A stretch of DNA of 64,000 bases from an uncultured Alphaproteobacteria bacterium (GCA_963742665.1 CAVUNH010000020.1:22188-86187), one strand, 5' to 3'. Positions 21,334 to 33,114 are shown, numbered from the stretch's first letter. Numbers and translations: made by a program. Notes: a model not told the origin generated them from the letters alone.

Positions 21334-22512
21334 TTCACGATACGCAGGTGGGTTGAGCGCTTCGCCATCGCATCATTGCTCTTTTCGGGCCCCGTGCCAA
21401 TCGCCGTCAGGTCGAGGTTCGAAAGATAGGGATCGGGACGCTCGGGGGCGTCCGCCTCCCAGAAGATGTTGAACTGACATCCCGGCATCGGAGCGCGCCA
21501 ATCGCGGCGTGAGGAAGCAGTGATTATTGTCCGGATCGACCCAAACCGGCCCCTGCGGGGAATCGTAGCGGTGATTTGCCGCAGCGCGCCGCACGGCGCC
21601 GACATCCGCCGAACCCGCGCGGCGGATGGCGCGGGCCAGCAGCATGACGCAGACGTAGGTCGATTGTCCGTCGACGGAGAGGCTGCTGTCCGCGCCGTGG
21701 CGGGCCTTCCACCGCGCCACAAAGCTGCGATTTTCAGCACCCTCGATGCTCTCGAAATAGGCGGATGACGTGACACATCCGACCGAGGCTGCCGATCCGA
21801 TCAGCTTGAGCTCGGGTTCGCACAGGCTGCAGCTCAGCATCGGGATCGAGAGGCCGGCGCGCGTCGCCGCCGCGTGCAGCGCGCGCATGAAGGCGTAGCT
21901 GGATTCGCCGACCAGCGTGTTGAACACGACCGGCGGCCTTCGGTCGATCACCTCGTTGACGATGTGGTCCACGGCGGTCTCGCCGAGTTCGAGCAGGCGT
22001 TCGGCAAGGATACGGCCGCCGGCGCTGGTCACGATTTCGCGGATCACGCGGTTCATTTCCCAGGTCCAGATGTAGTTCGACCCGATGCAGAATACGTCCG
22101 TCGAGATGTGGTCCAGCATGTGGCGCACCAGCGGCACGACGTGCTGGTTGGGCGCGGCCCCGACATAGATGACGTTGTCGCTGCTTTCGAACCCTTCATA
22201 CCGCGCCGGATGCCAGAGCAGCCGTTCGGTCCGTTCGACGATGGGAATAACCTGCTTGCGCGAGGCCGACGTGTAGCAGCCGACGATATGGTCGACCTGT
22301 TCTTCGCGAATTAGATCAGCGCATGCGGTGTGATATCCGGCGACGACCCCGCCGGGGTCGCGCAGATGAGGCGTGAACGTGAAATCGAACTCGTTGCTCT
22401 GGTTGATTTCGTCGACCGCCATCAACGCGCTCTTGCGCATCTCGCCGGCCATCATGGCGTAAGGTCCCGATTGGGAAAATACGAGGCCGAGAGGGATCGA
22501 CGGCTTGGTCAT
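21330..22512 (-). CDS. amiC: AmiC-like cytoplasmic amide-sensing regulator, indel near 21485
   Basis: No signal peptide; GCYTSASRK, YEGFE, GAAPNQH, PDPYL. Confidence 0.8.
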
Positions 22513-22762
22513 GAAGAAGCTCGGGCGCTGTGCGGCAACAGTCTCGTCGCAAGAAACTAGGCTTTGCTTCCTTGCATCGTCAATCGGCGCTGCGCATCAT
22601 TCGAGCTGTCAGCATAAAAAAGGTGCTGGCTTTGCATTGACAAGGCTGGCGACGCTAAGACACAATAACTTGCGTACGTGAATGCGTGCATTGCGAAAAG
22701 TTCTCGCGCAGCCGATGACGTCTGAGTGACGACTTCCAAGTTTCGTTCTGCACCGTAACCTA

Positions 22763-22833
22763 CGCGACCAGATAGCAGCGGCATTGATGCCATTCGGGGC
22801 CTTTTCGGGTCGCGGATGGCTTTTTTCGTTTTT
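22763..22833 (+). promoter_or_regulatory. Leader terminator with overlapping ANTAR-type hexaloop and alternative pairing
   Basis: ggc-ATTGAT-gcc (22780-22791); terminator stem gccattcg/cggatggc plus U-tract 22821-22833; cgcgacc 22763-69 can pair with ggtcgcg 22808-14. Confidence 0.7.
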
Positions 22834-22869
22834 GTCTCCCAAACACGGGAAATGGGTGAAGGGTGGAGC

Positions 22870-24387
22870 ATGGCAGTTCGCCTTCCGACGCTGGACCAAA
22901 TCAACGATCTCGGCGCTGACTTTGGTCTCGTCCTCACCGCTGACGAGATTGCCGCGTTTCAGCAGGCCTTCAAGGGACCGCTGGCTTCCTACGGCCGGCT
23001 CGACGAGTTGGTGCCGCCAGCGCTGGCGCCGGTTGCGCCGCGATCGCCGGGCTACCGGCCTGCGGCATCGGAAAATCCTTATGGCGCCTGGTACTGGAAG
23101 ACGAATATCCAGACCGGAGCCGAGGGACTGCTGAGCGGCAAGAAGGTCGCGATCAAGGACAATATCTGTGTCGCCGGCGTCCCCATGATGAACGGCTCGG
23201 CGCTGCTCGAAGGCTATGTGCCGGAACTCGATGCCACCGTCGTGACGCGTATTCTCGACGCCGGCGGCACCATCGCCGGCAAGGCCGCGTGCGAGGATCT
23301 CTGCTTTTCAGGGGCAAGTCATACCTGCGCCGGCGGCGTGATCCGCAACCCGCACAATCCGGCCCACAGCGCCGGCGGCTCGTCCGGCGGCAGCGCCGCG
23401 CTGGTGGCGTCCGGTGAGGTGCCGATGGCGCTCGGCGGCGACCAGGGCGGCTCGATCCGTACGCCGTCAAGCTGGTGTGGCGTTTATGGCCTGAAGCCGA
23501 CCTGGGGCCTGGTGCCGACCACCGGCTCGATGCCGATCAGCTATTCCGTCGATCATTGCGGCCCGATGTGCGCCTCGGTTGAAGACGTCGCGCGCCTGCT
23601 GACGGTGATCGCCGGCCATGACGGCTGGGATACGCGAACGATCGCGGCGCGCACCGGCGATTATATGGCAGCACTCGGCAACCCGGCGAAGGGACTTCGC
23701 ATTGGCGTGCTGCGCGAGGGATTTGGCCATCCCGAGAGCGATCCCGCGGTCAATGAGAAGGTGCGGCAAACCATTGCGGCGCTGGGGAAGGCCGGCATCG
23801 CCAGCGAAGAAGTCTCGGTGCCCTGGCATCTCGACGGTCCCCATGTCTGGAGCGGCATCATTCTGGAAGGCGCCGCCGAGATGATGCTGAAGGGCTACGG
23901 CGTCGGCAACAACGTCCAGGGCTACTATCCGGTCTCGATGCAGGAGGCGCTGGCGCGCGGCATGGGCACGCGGATCAACGACGTGTCGCCGACCGTGAAA
24001 CTGGTGCTGATGCTCGGCGAATACATGCATCGCCATTATCACGGGCGCTATCATTCCAAGGCGCAGAATCTGCGGGTATTGCTGCGCCGCGCCTACGACG
24101 ACGCGCTGCAAAAGTTCGATGCGCTGGTGATGCCGACCATTCCCTTTACCGCCACGCCGATCCCGCCGCCCGATGCACCGCTCAATACCGTGATCGATGT
24201 CGCACTGAACATGCAGGCGAACACCTGTTCGTTCGACGTTTCCGGGCATCCTGCCTTCACCGTGCCATGCGGCCGCGTCAATGGTTTGCCGGTCGGCCTG
24301 ATGCTGGTCGGGCGTCATTTCGAGGAAACGACACTGATACGGCTGGCTCGGGCGATCGAAGCCGGCGGAGACTGGAAGTTGAACTAG
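22870..24387 (+). CDS. Amidase-signature amidase 1 (CX3C type)
   Basis: IKDN, CEDLC, GGSSGGS, GGDQGGSIR. Confidence 0.93.
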   Translation: MAVRLPTLDQINDLGADFGLVLTADEIAAFQQAFKGPLASYGRLDELVPPALAPVAPRSPGYRPAASENPYGAWYWKTNIQTGAEGLLSGKKVAIKDNICVAGVPMMNGSALLEGYVPELDATVVTRILDAGGTIAGKAACEDLCFSGASHTCAGGVIRNPHNPAHSAGGSSGGSAALVASGEVPMALGGDQGGSIRTPSSWCGVYGLKPTWGLVPTTGSMPISYSVDHCGPMCASVEDVARLLTVIAGHDGWDTRTIAARTGDYMAALGNPAKGLRIGVLREGFGHPESDPAVNEKVRQTIAALGKAGIASEEVSVPWHLDGPHVWSGIILEGAAEMMLKGYGVGNNVQGYYPVSMQEALARGMGTRINDVSPTVKLVLMLGEYMHRHYHGRYHSKAQNLRVLLRRAYDDALQKFDALVMPTIPFTATPIPPPDAPLNTVIDVALNMQANTCSFDVSGHPAFTVPCGRVNGLPVGLMLVGRHFEETTLIRLARAIEAGGDWKLN

Positions 24388-24407
24388 GCGAACGGGACAA
24401 CGATCCG

Positions 24408-25809
24408 ATGCTGGCAGAGCGATTTGCATTATTCCGAACTGGTCGAAATTGGACGGCTTGTCCAAAAGCGCGAGCTTTCTTCGGTGGCCGCGACGCAGGC
24501 CCAGTTGGATCGCATCGGACAGCTCGACGGCCAGTTGAAAAGCTATGCCTATGTCATGGCCACGTCCGCGCTGGAACAGGCCAAGGCGGCCGATCGGGAA
24601 ATCGCGGCGAGGAAAGTGCGAGGACCGCTGCATGGCGTTCCGATCGCGGTCAAGGATCTGTGCTGGACCAAGGATGCACCGACGGCAGCGGGCATGAAGA
24701 TCTATCGCGACAATCGCCCCAGGGAAGATGCGACCGTTGTCATCAAGCTGAAGGAGGCGGGCGCGGTCATCCTCGGCAAGCTGCAATTGACGGAAGGCGC
24801 CTACGCCGACCATCATCCGGAAGTCGATCCACCGCGCAATCCCTGGGATGCACGGCTTTGGTCCGGTGCGTCCTCAAGCGGCTCCGGCGTCGCGACCGCG
24901 GCTGGCCTTTGCTACGGATCGCTTGGGTCGGACACCGGGGGATCGATCCGCTTTCCGTCGGCTGCCAACGCCGTGACCGGCTTGAAGCCGACCTGGGGAC
25001 GCGTCAGCCGCTATGGTGTGTTCGAACTGGCCGCAACGCTCGATCATATCGGACCGATGGCACGAAGCGCGGTGGATTGCGGCGCGATGCTGGGGGCGAT
25101 TGCAGGTGCCGACCCGAACGATCCAACCGCAGTTCTTGAACCGGTACCGGATTATCTCGCCAAATTGAGCGGCAGCCTTCAGGGAACCCGGATCGGCGTT
25201 GACCCGCGATGGACCAGCGAAGGCGTCGATGCCGCCTCGACCAGGATATTTCAGGACGCGCTGCGTGTGGCCGCCGATCTGGGCGCGAAGATTCATGAGA
25301 TCGCCTTTCCCGATCCGACGAATATGATTACCGACTGGTTTCCGCTATGCGGTGTCGAAACCGCGGTTGCCCATGAAACCACCTATCCAGCGCGGAAGTC
25401 GGACTACGGTCCGGGGCTCGCTGGCTTGATCGAACTTGGCTTGCAGCAGTCTGGGACGGATTATCAGAAGATTGTTCTGCGGCGTGAGGCGTTTCGGGGA
25501 TCGGTGAGGGCGGTATTCGAGAAAGTAGACTTGCTTGCCGTGCCGGCTCAGACGTTCGCCGCGCCGACCCTTGCCAAGATGGCAACGCTGGGTGAGAATC
25601 CGGAACTGATCGCGGGTCTCCTGCGCTTTAGCTGTCCCTTCGATATGACCGGAAGTCCGTCTATAACTCTTCCGGGCGGATTTACAGAAAGCGGTGGCCC
25701 GGTCGCGTTTCAATTCATTGGCCGCCACTTTGACGAGGCGCGCCTGGTCGCTGCTGGTGATGCGTATCAACGCGTCACCGACTGGCATCGCCGCCATCCG
25801 CCGCTGTGA
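24408..25809 (+). CDS. Amidase-signature amidase 2
   Basis: GPLHGVPIAVKD, SSSGSG, GSDTGGSIR; start is uncertain (ATG 24408 with an indel, or TTG 24424). Confidence 0.9.
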
Positions 25810-25827
25810 CGATATGAGGATACCGCG

Positions 25828-26826
25828 ATGACCGACGATCCCTGGCTCAAGACCTCGATCATGGCAACGCGCGGCCTGGCCAAGGGCCAGGCCGGAAAGC
25901 GCCATGAACTCACGATCGAGAAGCAAGGCCCTTTCCATTACGTCTATGGTCCTTACACAAAACCGGTTCTCACGATCGATCCCGGCGATATCGTCGCCGT
26001 CGAGACCGAAGACGCCTTTGGCGGCGTCATCACCAGCGAGAAGGACAGCCCGACCGCGAAGCTGAAGTTTCCCTTCCTCAATCCGCAATGCGGCCCGATT
26101 GCCGTCAACGGGATCGAGAAGGGCGATTGCCTGGCCGTGCATATTCATGCCGTGGAGACGAGAGGCGCGCAGCCGGCCGGCAAGACCTGCATCATTCCGG
26201 AATTCGGCGGCCTGGTCGGAACGGCGTCAACCGCGTTGCTCAATCCGCCGTTGCCCGAACGGGTGAGGGTCATGCATGTCGACAAGGATGGCGTGCGCTG
26301 GAGCGACAAGATCACGCTGCCGTACCAGCCGTTCATCGGCACCATCGGAATTTCGCCCGAGATCGAGGCGATCTCGTCGCTGCAGCCGGATTATCACGGC
26401 GGCAATATGGACCTGCCGGACGTCGCGCCCGGCGCGATCCTGTACTTTCCCGTGCATGTCAAAGGCGGTTTCCTCTATGTCGGCGATTGCCATGCCGCCC
26501 AGGGCGACGGCGAATTGTCAGGCGTTGCGATCGAGCAGCGCGCCACCGTGACGATGCAGGTCGACGTCATCAAGGGCTGGAGCTTTGCCTGGCCGCGGCT
26601 TGAGACCAAGGATTTTCTGATGACGATCGGCAGCGCCCGACCGCTCGAAGACGCGGCGCGCATCGCCTATCGCGAACTGGTTCGCTGGATGAGCGCGGAA
26701 TACGGCTTCGACGAGATCGACGCCTACATGCTGCTCAGCCAGGCCGGACGGATCCGGCTCGGCAACATGGTCGATCCGAAATACACGATGGGCGCGTCAA
26801 TTCTGAAAAAGTACCTGACTTCATAA
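25828..26826 (+). CDS. Acetamidase/formamidase family protein
   Basis: NPQCGPI, HGGNMD, GDCHAAQGDGE. Confidence 0.92.
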   Translation: MTDDPWLKTSIMATRGLAKGQAGKRHELTIEKQGPFHYVYGPYTKPVLTIDPGDIVAVETEDAFGGVITSEKDSPTAKLKFPFLNPQCGPIAVNGIEKGDCLAVHIHAVETRGAQPAGKTCIIPEFGGLVGTASTALLNPPLPERVRVMHVDKDGVRWSDKITLPYQPFIGTIGISPEIEAISSLQPDYHGGNMDLPDVAPGAILYFPVHVKGGFLYVGDCHAAQGDGELSGVAIEQRATVTMQVDVIKGWSFAWPRLETKDFLMTIGSARPLEDAARIAYRELVRWMSAEYGFDEIDAYMLLSQAGRIRLGNMVDPKYTMGASILKKYLTS

Positions 26827-26857
26827 ATCATCGGCAACCGCGAGGAGGACTAGGGTT

Positions 26858-28081
26858 ATGAGGGTCAATCGCAGAACGTTTTTGCAGAGTACGGCGGCCA
26901 CCGCTGCCGCCGGGATGTTTTCCTCCAGCGCATGGGCGGAAGATCCGATCAACGTGGCCAGCATCCACGATCTCTCCGGCGGCCTCGATATCTACGGCAA
27001 GCCGATGGTCGATGCGATGACCCTTGCCGTCGAGGAAGCCAATGCGGCAGGCGGTCTGCTGGGCCGGCAGATCAAGCTGATCAACTATGACACCCAGTCG
27101 AACATGCAGCTCTACACCCAGTTCGCGCAGCAGGCGGCGCTGAAGGACAAGGTCGCGGTCGTGCATGGCGGCATCACTTCGGCCTCGCGCGAGGTGATCC
27201 GGCCGGTGCTCGACAAGTTCAAGACGCTGTATTTCTACAACACGCAGTATGAAGGCGGCGTCTGCGACCGCAACCAGTTCGACACCGGCGTGACCCCGGC
27301 GCAGACGGTGGAAAAGCTGGTGCCCCATGCCATGAAGAAATGGGGCAAGAAGGTTTACGTGATCGCGGCCGACTACAATTACGGCCAGATCACCTCGCAA
27401 TGGGTGAAGAAATACGTCACCGAAAACGGTGGCGAGGTACCCGCGATCGACTTCTTCCCGCTCGACGTCACCAATTTCGGCCCGACCATCTCCAAGATCC
27501 AGGCGGCGAAGCCGGATTTCGTATGGTCGGCGCTGGTCGGTGGCGCGCACATCTCCTTCTACCGCCAATGGGCGGCCGCCGGCATGCGCAAGAGCATTCC
27601 GATGGCGTCGACCACTTTCGCGGTCGGCAACGAGCACATCGTGCTGTCGCCCGACGAATGCAACGGCATGCTGATCTGCTACAATTACTTCCAGGACCTG
27701 AAGAACCCGGTCAACGAGAAGTTCGTGGCAAGCTTCCACAAACGCTTCGGCGCCGACTATCCGAACATCACGGAACTCGCGATGGGAACCTATCAGGGGT
27801 TCCACCTGTGGGCGGCCGCGGTCAAGAAGGCCGGAAGTATCGACCGGATGAAGGTCATCGAAGCACTCGAAACCGGCATCAGCATGGATGCACCTTCGGG
27901 CAAGGTCACGATCGACCCGGCGACGCATCACTGCGTGCTCGACGTCCACATCGCCGAAGTGGCCGACAAGAAGCTCAAGGTGCTGGAAGATTTCGCCCAG
28001 CAGAAGCCGGCCGATACCGCCGCCGTCTGCAATCTCATCAAGAACCCGACCGACAACCAGCAATACGTGATCAAGATTTGA
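26858..28081 (+). CDS. Urea/short-chain amide ABC substrate-binding protein (UrtA/FmdD-like), Tat signal
   Basis: RRTFLQ; GGITSASRE; YEGG. Confidence 0.88.
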   Translation: MRVNRRTFLQSTAATAAAGMFSSSAWAEDPINVASIHDLSGGLDIYGKPMVDAMTLAVEEANAAGGLLGRQIKLINYDTQSNMQLYTQFAQQAALKDKVAVVHGGITSASREVIRPVLDKFKTLYFYNTQYEGGVCDRNQFDTGVTPAQTVEKLVPHAMKKWGKKVYVIAADYNYGQITSQWVKKYVTENGGEVPAIDFFPLDVTNFGPTISKIQAAKPDFVWSALVGGAHISFYRQWAAAGMRKSIPMASTTFAVGNEHIVLSPDECNGMLICYNYFQDLKNPVNEKFVASFHKRFGADYPNITELAMGTYQGFHLWAAAVKKAGSIDRMKVIEALETGISMDAPSGKVTIDPATHHCVLDVHIAEVADKKLKVLEDFAQQKPADTAAVCNLIKNPTDNQQYVIKI

Positions 28082-28121
28082 GGGCGCGTCTGCCCTCAGA
28101 TCTTGCTTGGGAAAGGTGAAC

Positions 28122-28988
28122 GTGGATCTCGTTGCTCTCCTGGCAATCCAGGTCCTTTACGCGATAGCCAGCCTGGCGCTGATCAGCGTCGGGCTGGCGA
28201 TTATCTTCGGCATGATGCGCGTCATCAATCTCGCGCATGGCGAATTCCTGATGCTCGGCGGCTATGCGGCAATCGTCGCGACCAGCCACGGCATCAGCAT
28301 CTGGATCTCGATGCTGGTGGTGGCGCCGATCGTGGTCGGCCTCATCGGCGTCGTGATCGAACGGACGATCATTCGCTTTCTGTACGGCCGCATGATCGAC
28401 ACCATGCTCGCGACCTGGGGTCTGAGCCTGTTCCTGGTCGGATTGACGACCGCGATCTTCGGCAACACCACCGTCGGCATATCGGCGCCGCTCGGCAGTT
28501 TCCAGATCGGCGCCTATCGCACCAGCGGCTATACGCTGTTCGTGATCGCGGTCGCGGTGGTGGTGCTGGCGGCGATCTTTGCCGTGATGCGCTGGACCCG
28601 GCTCGGGCTGATTGCCCGCGGCACCATGCAGAACGCCAACATGGCGGCGGCGCTCGGCGTCAATCCGCCGCGCGTCTATGCCATCACGTTCGGCATCGGC
28701 GCGGCGTTGTCGGGTCTCGCCGGCGCGGTGCTGGCGCCGGTCTCCGGCGTATTTCCGACCATCGGCGTCGCCTATGTCGCCAAATCCTTCATCACGGTGA
28801 TCGGCGGCGGCGCCGCCATCCTCAGCGGCACGGTATCGGCATCGGCGCTGTTCGGCACGATCAACCAGATCGCTACCTTCGTCACCACGCCGGTGTTCGG
28901 CGAAGTCGCGTTGCTCGCGGCCGCCATCGTCCTGATCCGCCTGCTGCCGCAAGGCATCACCGGCCGCTTCTTCCGGAGAGGCCTGTGA
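28122..28988 (+). CDS. UrtB/LivH-like permease
   Basis: IFGMMRVINLAHGEF. Confidence 0.9.
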   Translation: MDLVALLAIQVLYAIASLALISVGLAIIFGMMRVINLAHGEFLMLGGYAAIVATSHGISIWISMLVVAPIVVGLIGVVIERTIIRFLYGRMIDTMLATWGLSLFLVGLTTAIFGNTTVGISAPLGSFQIGAYRTSGYTLFVIAVAVVVLAAIFAVMRWTRLGLIARGTMQNANMAAALGVNPPRVYAITFGIGAALSGLAGAVLAPVSGVFPTIGVAYVAKSFITVIGGGAAILSGTVSASALFGTINQIATFVTTPVFGEVALLAAAIVLIRLLPQGITGRFFRRGL

Positions 28989-30060
28989 ACGCCCGTACGC
29001 TCAATCTGCTTGGCCTCGGCTTCGTCGGCGTGATCGGCTTGCGTTCCTGGTGCTGGTCCCGCGCCTGTTCGAACTCGATGTGGTGCTCGAACTCACGGTC
29101 TACATGATCATGGCGATCCTGGCGCTCAGCCTCGCGTTGATCTGGGGCTATGGCGGCATCCTCTGTTTCGGGCAGTCGGCCTTCTTCGGGCTCGGCGCCT
29201 ACACCTACGCGATCGCCATGTTCAACATCGGCGAGAGCACGATGCCGCTGTTGCTGGCGGTCATCGTGCCGGCGGCCTTTGCGGCGCTGCTCGGCTATTT
29301 CATGTTCTACGGCCGCATCAGCGACGTCTATCTCGGCGTCATCACGCTGACGGTGACGTTGATCCTGTTCAATTCCATCAATTCGACCGCCGGTCCGGAA
29401 TTCCGTATCGGCTCGGCGCGGCTCGGCGGCTTCAACGGCATTCCCGGCATCCCGCCGCTGAATGTTCCCGGCAACAAGGGCGCGCCGATCGATCTCGAAG
29501 GCATGTTCTATCTGGCGACCGCCTCGCTGCTCGCAACCTATTTCGGATTGCGGCTGCTGCTGGCGAGCCGGTTCGGCCGCATCATCGTCGGCATAAGGGA
29601 AAACGAACGGCGCGCCGAACTGCTGGGCTATGACCCGCGCGCCTACAAGCTTGCGACTTTCACCATCGGCGGCGCGCTGGCCGGATTTGCCGGCTGCCTG
29701 TTCGCCAATTGGGGCAACTTCGTCAGCCCCACGATCTTTGGCCTCGCCCAATCCGCGCAGATCATCATCTGGGTCATCGTCGGCGGGCGCGGCACGCTGA
29801 TCGGCCCGATCGTCGGCTGCATCGGCATTCAATGGCTCACCACCGCGCTCGGCGCCAACCAGCCCAGCGGCGGCTCGGATTGGTGGGCCAAGATCTTTGC
29901 CAATGCGCCGTTGATCTTCGGGGTCATCCTGATCGCGTTCGTGTTGCTGGTGCCGAAGGGACTGGTGCCGACGCTCGGCGATCTCGGCCAATGGCTGCTC
30001 ACTTCGTTTGGCAAGCGGGCCAAGACGAGGCTGCAGACCAAACAGGCGGAGGAGGGCTGA
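28985..30060 (+). CDS. UrtC/LivM-like permease, indel near 29041
   Basis: WGYGGILCFGQ, IRENE, VGGRGTL. Confidence 0.88.
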
Positions 30061-30782
30061 TGGCCGCGCCGCTGCTTCAGACCCAGGATCTCAGCATGCA
30101 TTTCGGCGGCGTTCGCGCCGTGCGCCACGTCAACTTCTCGCTGGCCGAAGGCGAGCTGCGCTGCCTGATCGGGCCCAACGGCGCGGGCAAGAGCACCTTC
30201 TTCAAGATGCTGACCGGCCAACTGGAGCCGACCCATGGCCAGGTGCTGTTCCGCGGCCAGGACATTTCGCACGCGCACGCCCACGATATTGCGCGGCTCG
30301 GCATCGGCATCAAGACCCAGGTGCCCAGCGTTTTCGATGGTCTTTCGGTGCGCGAGAACATCTGGCTGGCGGCCAGCCGGATTCATTCGGGCGACAAGGC
30401 GAGGGCAGCCGTCGACGAGATGCTGGAGCGGGTCGGCCTGACCGATGCCGCCGAGCGCCTGGTCGGCCAGCTCGCCCACGGGCAGCGGCAATGGGTCGAA
30501 CTTGGCCTCGTGCTGGCCACCGACCCCGAATTGATCCTGCTCGATGAGCCTGCCGCAGGCATGACACATGAGGAGGTCAACAAGACGGCTGAACTGGTGC
30601 GCGAGATCAACCGCACCAAGGCGCTGATCGTCGTCGAACACGACATGCAGTTCATCCGCATGATCGCCAAGCAGGTCACCGTGTTCAACCAGGGCAGCGT
30701 GCTGGTCGAGGACAGCGTGGAAAACATCATGCGCAATCCGCAGGTGCGCGACATCTATCTTGGCAAACAGGCGGCCGCATGA
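30060..30782 (+). CDS. UrtD/LivG-like ATPase
   Basis: GPNGAGKST, LDEPAAG, VVEHDM. Confidence 0.9.
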   Translation: MAAPLLQTQDLSMHFGGVRAVRHVNFSLAEGELRCLIGPNGAGKSTFFKMLTGQLEPTHGQVLFRGQDISHAHAHDIARLGIGIKTQVPSVFDGLSVRENIWLAASRIHSGDKARAAVDEMLERVGLTDAAERLVGQLAHGQRQWVELGLVLATDPELILLDEPAAGMTHEEVNKTAELVREINRTKALIVVEHDMQFIRMIAKQVTVFNQGSVLVEDSVENIMRNPQVRDIYLGKQAAA

Positions 30783-31486
30783 TGCTCGATGTGCAGGGAC
30801 TGCGAACGGGGTATGGCCGCATTCCGATCCTCAACGGGGTGAGCTTCTCCGTCAACGAGGGCGAATTCATCGGCATCCTCGGCCACAATGGCATGGGCAA
30901 GACGACGCTCCTGAAAGCGCTGATGGGCTTTTTGCCGGCGACCGGCGGCCGCGTGATGTTCGGCCATGACGACGTTACGGCGGTCGAACCCTACCGCCGC
31001 GCCCGGCTTGGGCTCGGCTATGTGCCGCAGGGCCGCGAGATCTTCCCAGGCCTTACCGTCTACGAGAATCTGCGCATGGGCTGCAGCACGCAGGACGGCG
31101 CGGAGGAGGACATCATCGCCGCCGTGCTGGAGGAGTTTCCTCGCCTGAAGGCGTTGCTCGATCGCACCGGCGGCGCGCTGTCGGGCGGCGAACAGCAATT
31201 ACTGGCGATCGCGCGTTGCCTTTGCGGCGATCCGCGCCTGGTTCTGCTCGACGAGCCGACGGAAGGCATTCAGCCTTCCATCATCGACGAGATCGTCGAG
31301 ACCCTGCAACGGTTGCGGGCCAAGAGCGGGCTCACGATGATTTTGGTCGAACAGAATCTCGATTTCATCGCCGCGCTCTCGCAGCGCATCCTGATTATCC
31401 AGAAGGGAACCATTACCAGGGAAGTGGCGCCGGGCGAACTCGGCGATGCAAGCCTGGTCGGAGAATTTGTCGGCATCGCAACGTAA
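30779..31486 (+). CDS. UrtE/LivF-like ATPase
   Basis: GHNGMGKTT, LSGGEQQ, LDEPTEGIQP. Confidence 0.9.
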   Translation: MMLDVQGLRTGYGRIPILNGVSFSVNEGEFIGILGHNGMGKTTLLKALMGFLPATGGRVMFGHDDVTAVEPYRRARLGLGYVPQGREIFPGLTVYENLRMGCSTQDGAEEDIIAAVLEEFPRLKALLDRTGGALSGGEQQLLAIARCLCGDPRLVLLDEPTEGIQPSIIDEIVETLQRLRAKSGLTMILVEQNLDFIAALSQRILIIQKGTITREVAPGELGDASLVGEFVGIAT

Positions 31487-31527
31487 AGCCCGCTTGCAAA
31501 CGGGCATGATCAGAGGAGACTCAAGCC

Positions 31528-33042
31528 ATGGCAGTCCGGAGACCCACACTCGATCAGCTGCGCAGCGTCGCCGAAGACCTCGGCATGAATATGGGCGACG
31601 AAGAACTCAAATCCTACGACGCCCTGATGCAGGCGAACTACGCCGCCTACGACGCGGTCGACGCCATGCCGGACTATGTCCCGGCGGTAAAATATCCGCG
31701 GACGCCGGGCTATCGCCCCGAAGGCGAGGAGAACAAATACAACGCCTGGTACGTCAAGACGGAGATCAAGGGCGCGCCCAGCGGCAAGCTGGCCGGCAAG
31801 AAGATCGCGCTCAAGGACAACATCTCGCTCGCCGGCGTTCCCATGATGAACGGCGCGTCGACGCTCGAAGGCTACATCCCCGATATCGATGCGACCATCG
31901 TCACCCGCATGCTGGACGCCGGCGCCACCATCATCGGCAAGGTCCATTGCGAGTATTTCTGCTTCTCCGGCGGCAGCCACACCTGCGCCGCCGGTCCCGT
32001 CCATAATCCGCACAAGATGGGCTATTCCGCCGGCGGCTCGTCGTCGGGCAGCGCGGTCGTGGTCGCGACCGGCGAGGCCGATATGGCGATCGGCGGCGAT
32101 CAGGGCGGATCGATCCGCATTCCGGCGGCGTTCAGCGGCATTTACGGGATGAAGGGAACGTTTGGCCTCGTGCCCTATACCGGCGTGATGCCGATCGAGA
32201 TCACCATCGATCACACCGGCCCGATGACGGCCAACGTTCGCGACAACGCGCTGCTGCTGGAAGTGCTGGCGGGCGCCGATGGACTCGATCCACGGCAAGG
32301 CGCGCTCAAGATCGGGAAGTATAGCGACGAAATCGGCGGTGGCGTCAGGGGATTGCGCATCGGCGTCGTCAAGGAAGGTTTTGGGCATCCGAGTTCGGAA
32401 GCGGACGTCGACGCCAAGGTCAAGGCGGGCGCCGATTTGTTCCGCAAGCTCGGCGCCACCGTCGAGGAAGTCTCGGTCCCGATGCATCTCGTCGCACCGG
32501 CGATCTGGCTGCCGATCGCCGCCGAAGGCGCCACCGAATTCATGATGAAGGGCAACGGCATGGGGACCAACTGGCGCGGTCTCTACAACACCACGCTGCT
32601 CGACGCCCATTCGGGCTGGAAGCATCGCGCCGACGAACTGTCCGACAGCCTCAAGATCACGATGCTGCTCGGCCAGTATTTCACCAAGCACTATCGCGGT
32701 CACTTCTACGCCAAGGCGCAGAATCTGAACCGCAAGCTGCGCGCCGCCTACGACGAGGCCCTGAGCAAATACGATCTGTTGCTGATGCCGACCTTGCCGA
32801 TGAAGGCGACGCCGTTGCCGCCGGCGGACGCGCCGCGCGACCTCTATATCCAGCGCGCGTTCGAAATGGTGCCCAACACCGCGCCGTTCAACGCCAGCGG
32901 ACATCCGGCGATGAGCCTTCCCTGCGGCATGAGCAACGGTCTGCCGATCGGGCTGATGCTGGTCGGCAAGTATTTTGACGAGGCGACGATCTATCGGGCC
33001 GCCGCCGCGTTCGAAGGCGCCGGCGACTGGAAGAAGATGTAA
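31528..33042 (+). CDS. Amidase-signature amidase 3 (CX3C type, paralog of amidase 1)
   Basis: LKDN, CEYFC, GGSSSGS, GGDQGGSIR. Confidence 0.93.
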   Translation: MAVRRPTLDQLRSVAEDLGMNMGDEELKSYDALMQANYAAYDAVDAMPDYVPAVKYPRTPGYRPEGEENKYNAWYVKTEIKGAPSGKLAGKKIALKDNISLAGVPMMNGASTLEGYIPDIDATIVTRMLDAGATIIGKVHCEYFCFSGGSHTCAAGPVHNPHKMGYSAGGSSSGSAVVVATGEADMAIGGDQGGSIRIPAAFSGIYGMKGTFGLVPYTGVMPIEITIDHTGPMTANVRDNALLLEVLAGADGLDPRQGALKIGKYSDEIGGGVRGLRIGVVKEGFGHPSSEADVDAKVKAGADLFRKLGATVEEVSVPMHLVAPAIWLPIAAEGATEFMMKGNGMGTNWRGLYNTTLLDAHSGWKHRADELSDSLKITMLLGQYFTKHYRGHFYAKAQNLNRKLRAAYDEALSKYDLLLMPTLPMKATPLPPADAPRDLYIQRAFEMVPNTAPFNASGHPAMSLPCGMSNGLPIGLMLVGKYFDEATIYRAAAAFEGAGDWKKM

Positions 33043-33114
33043 CCGGACATTGCAATCGGATTTGGCGGCCTGCCGGTATCAGGGCAGGCCGCCGCACCCA
33101 TAACGGAGGCGACC

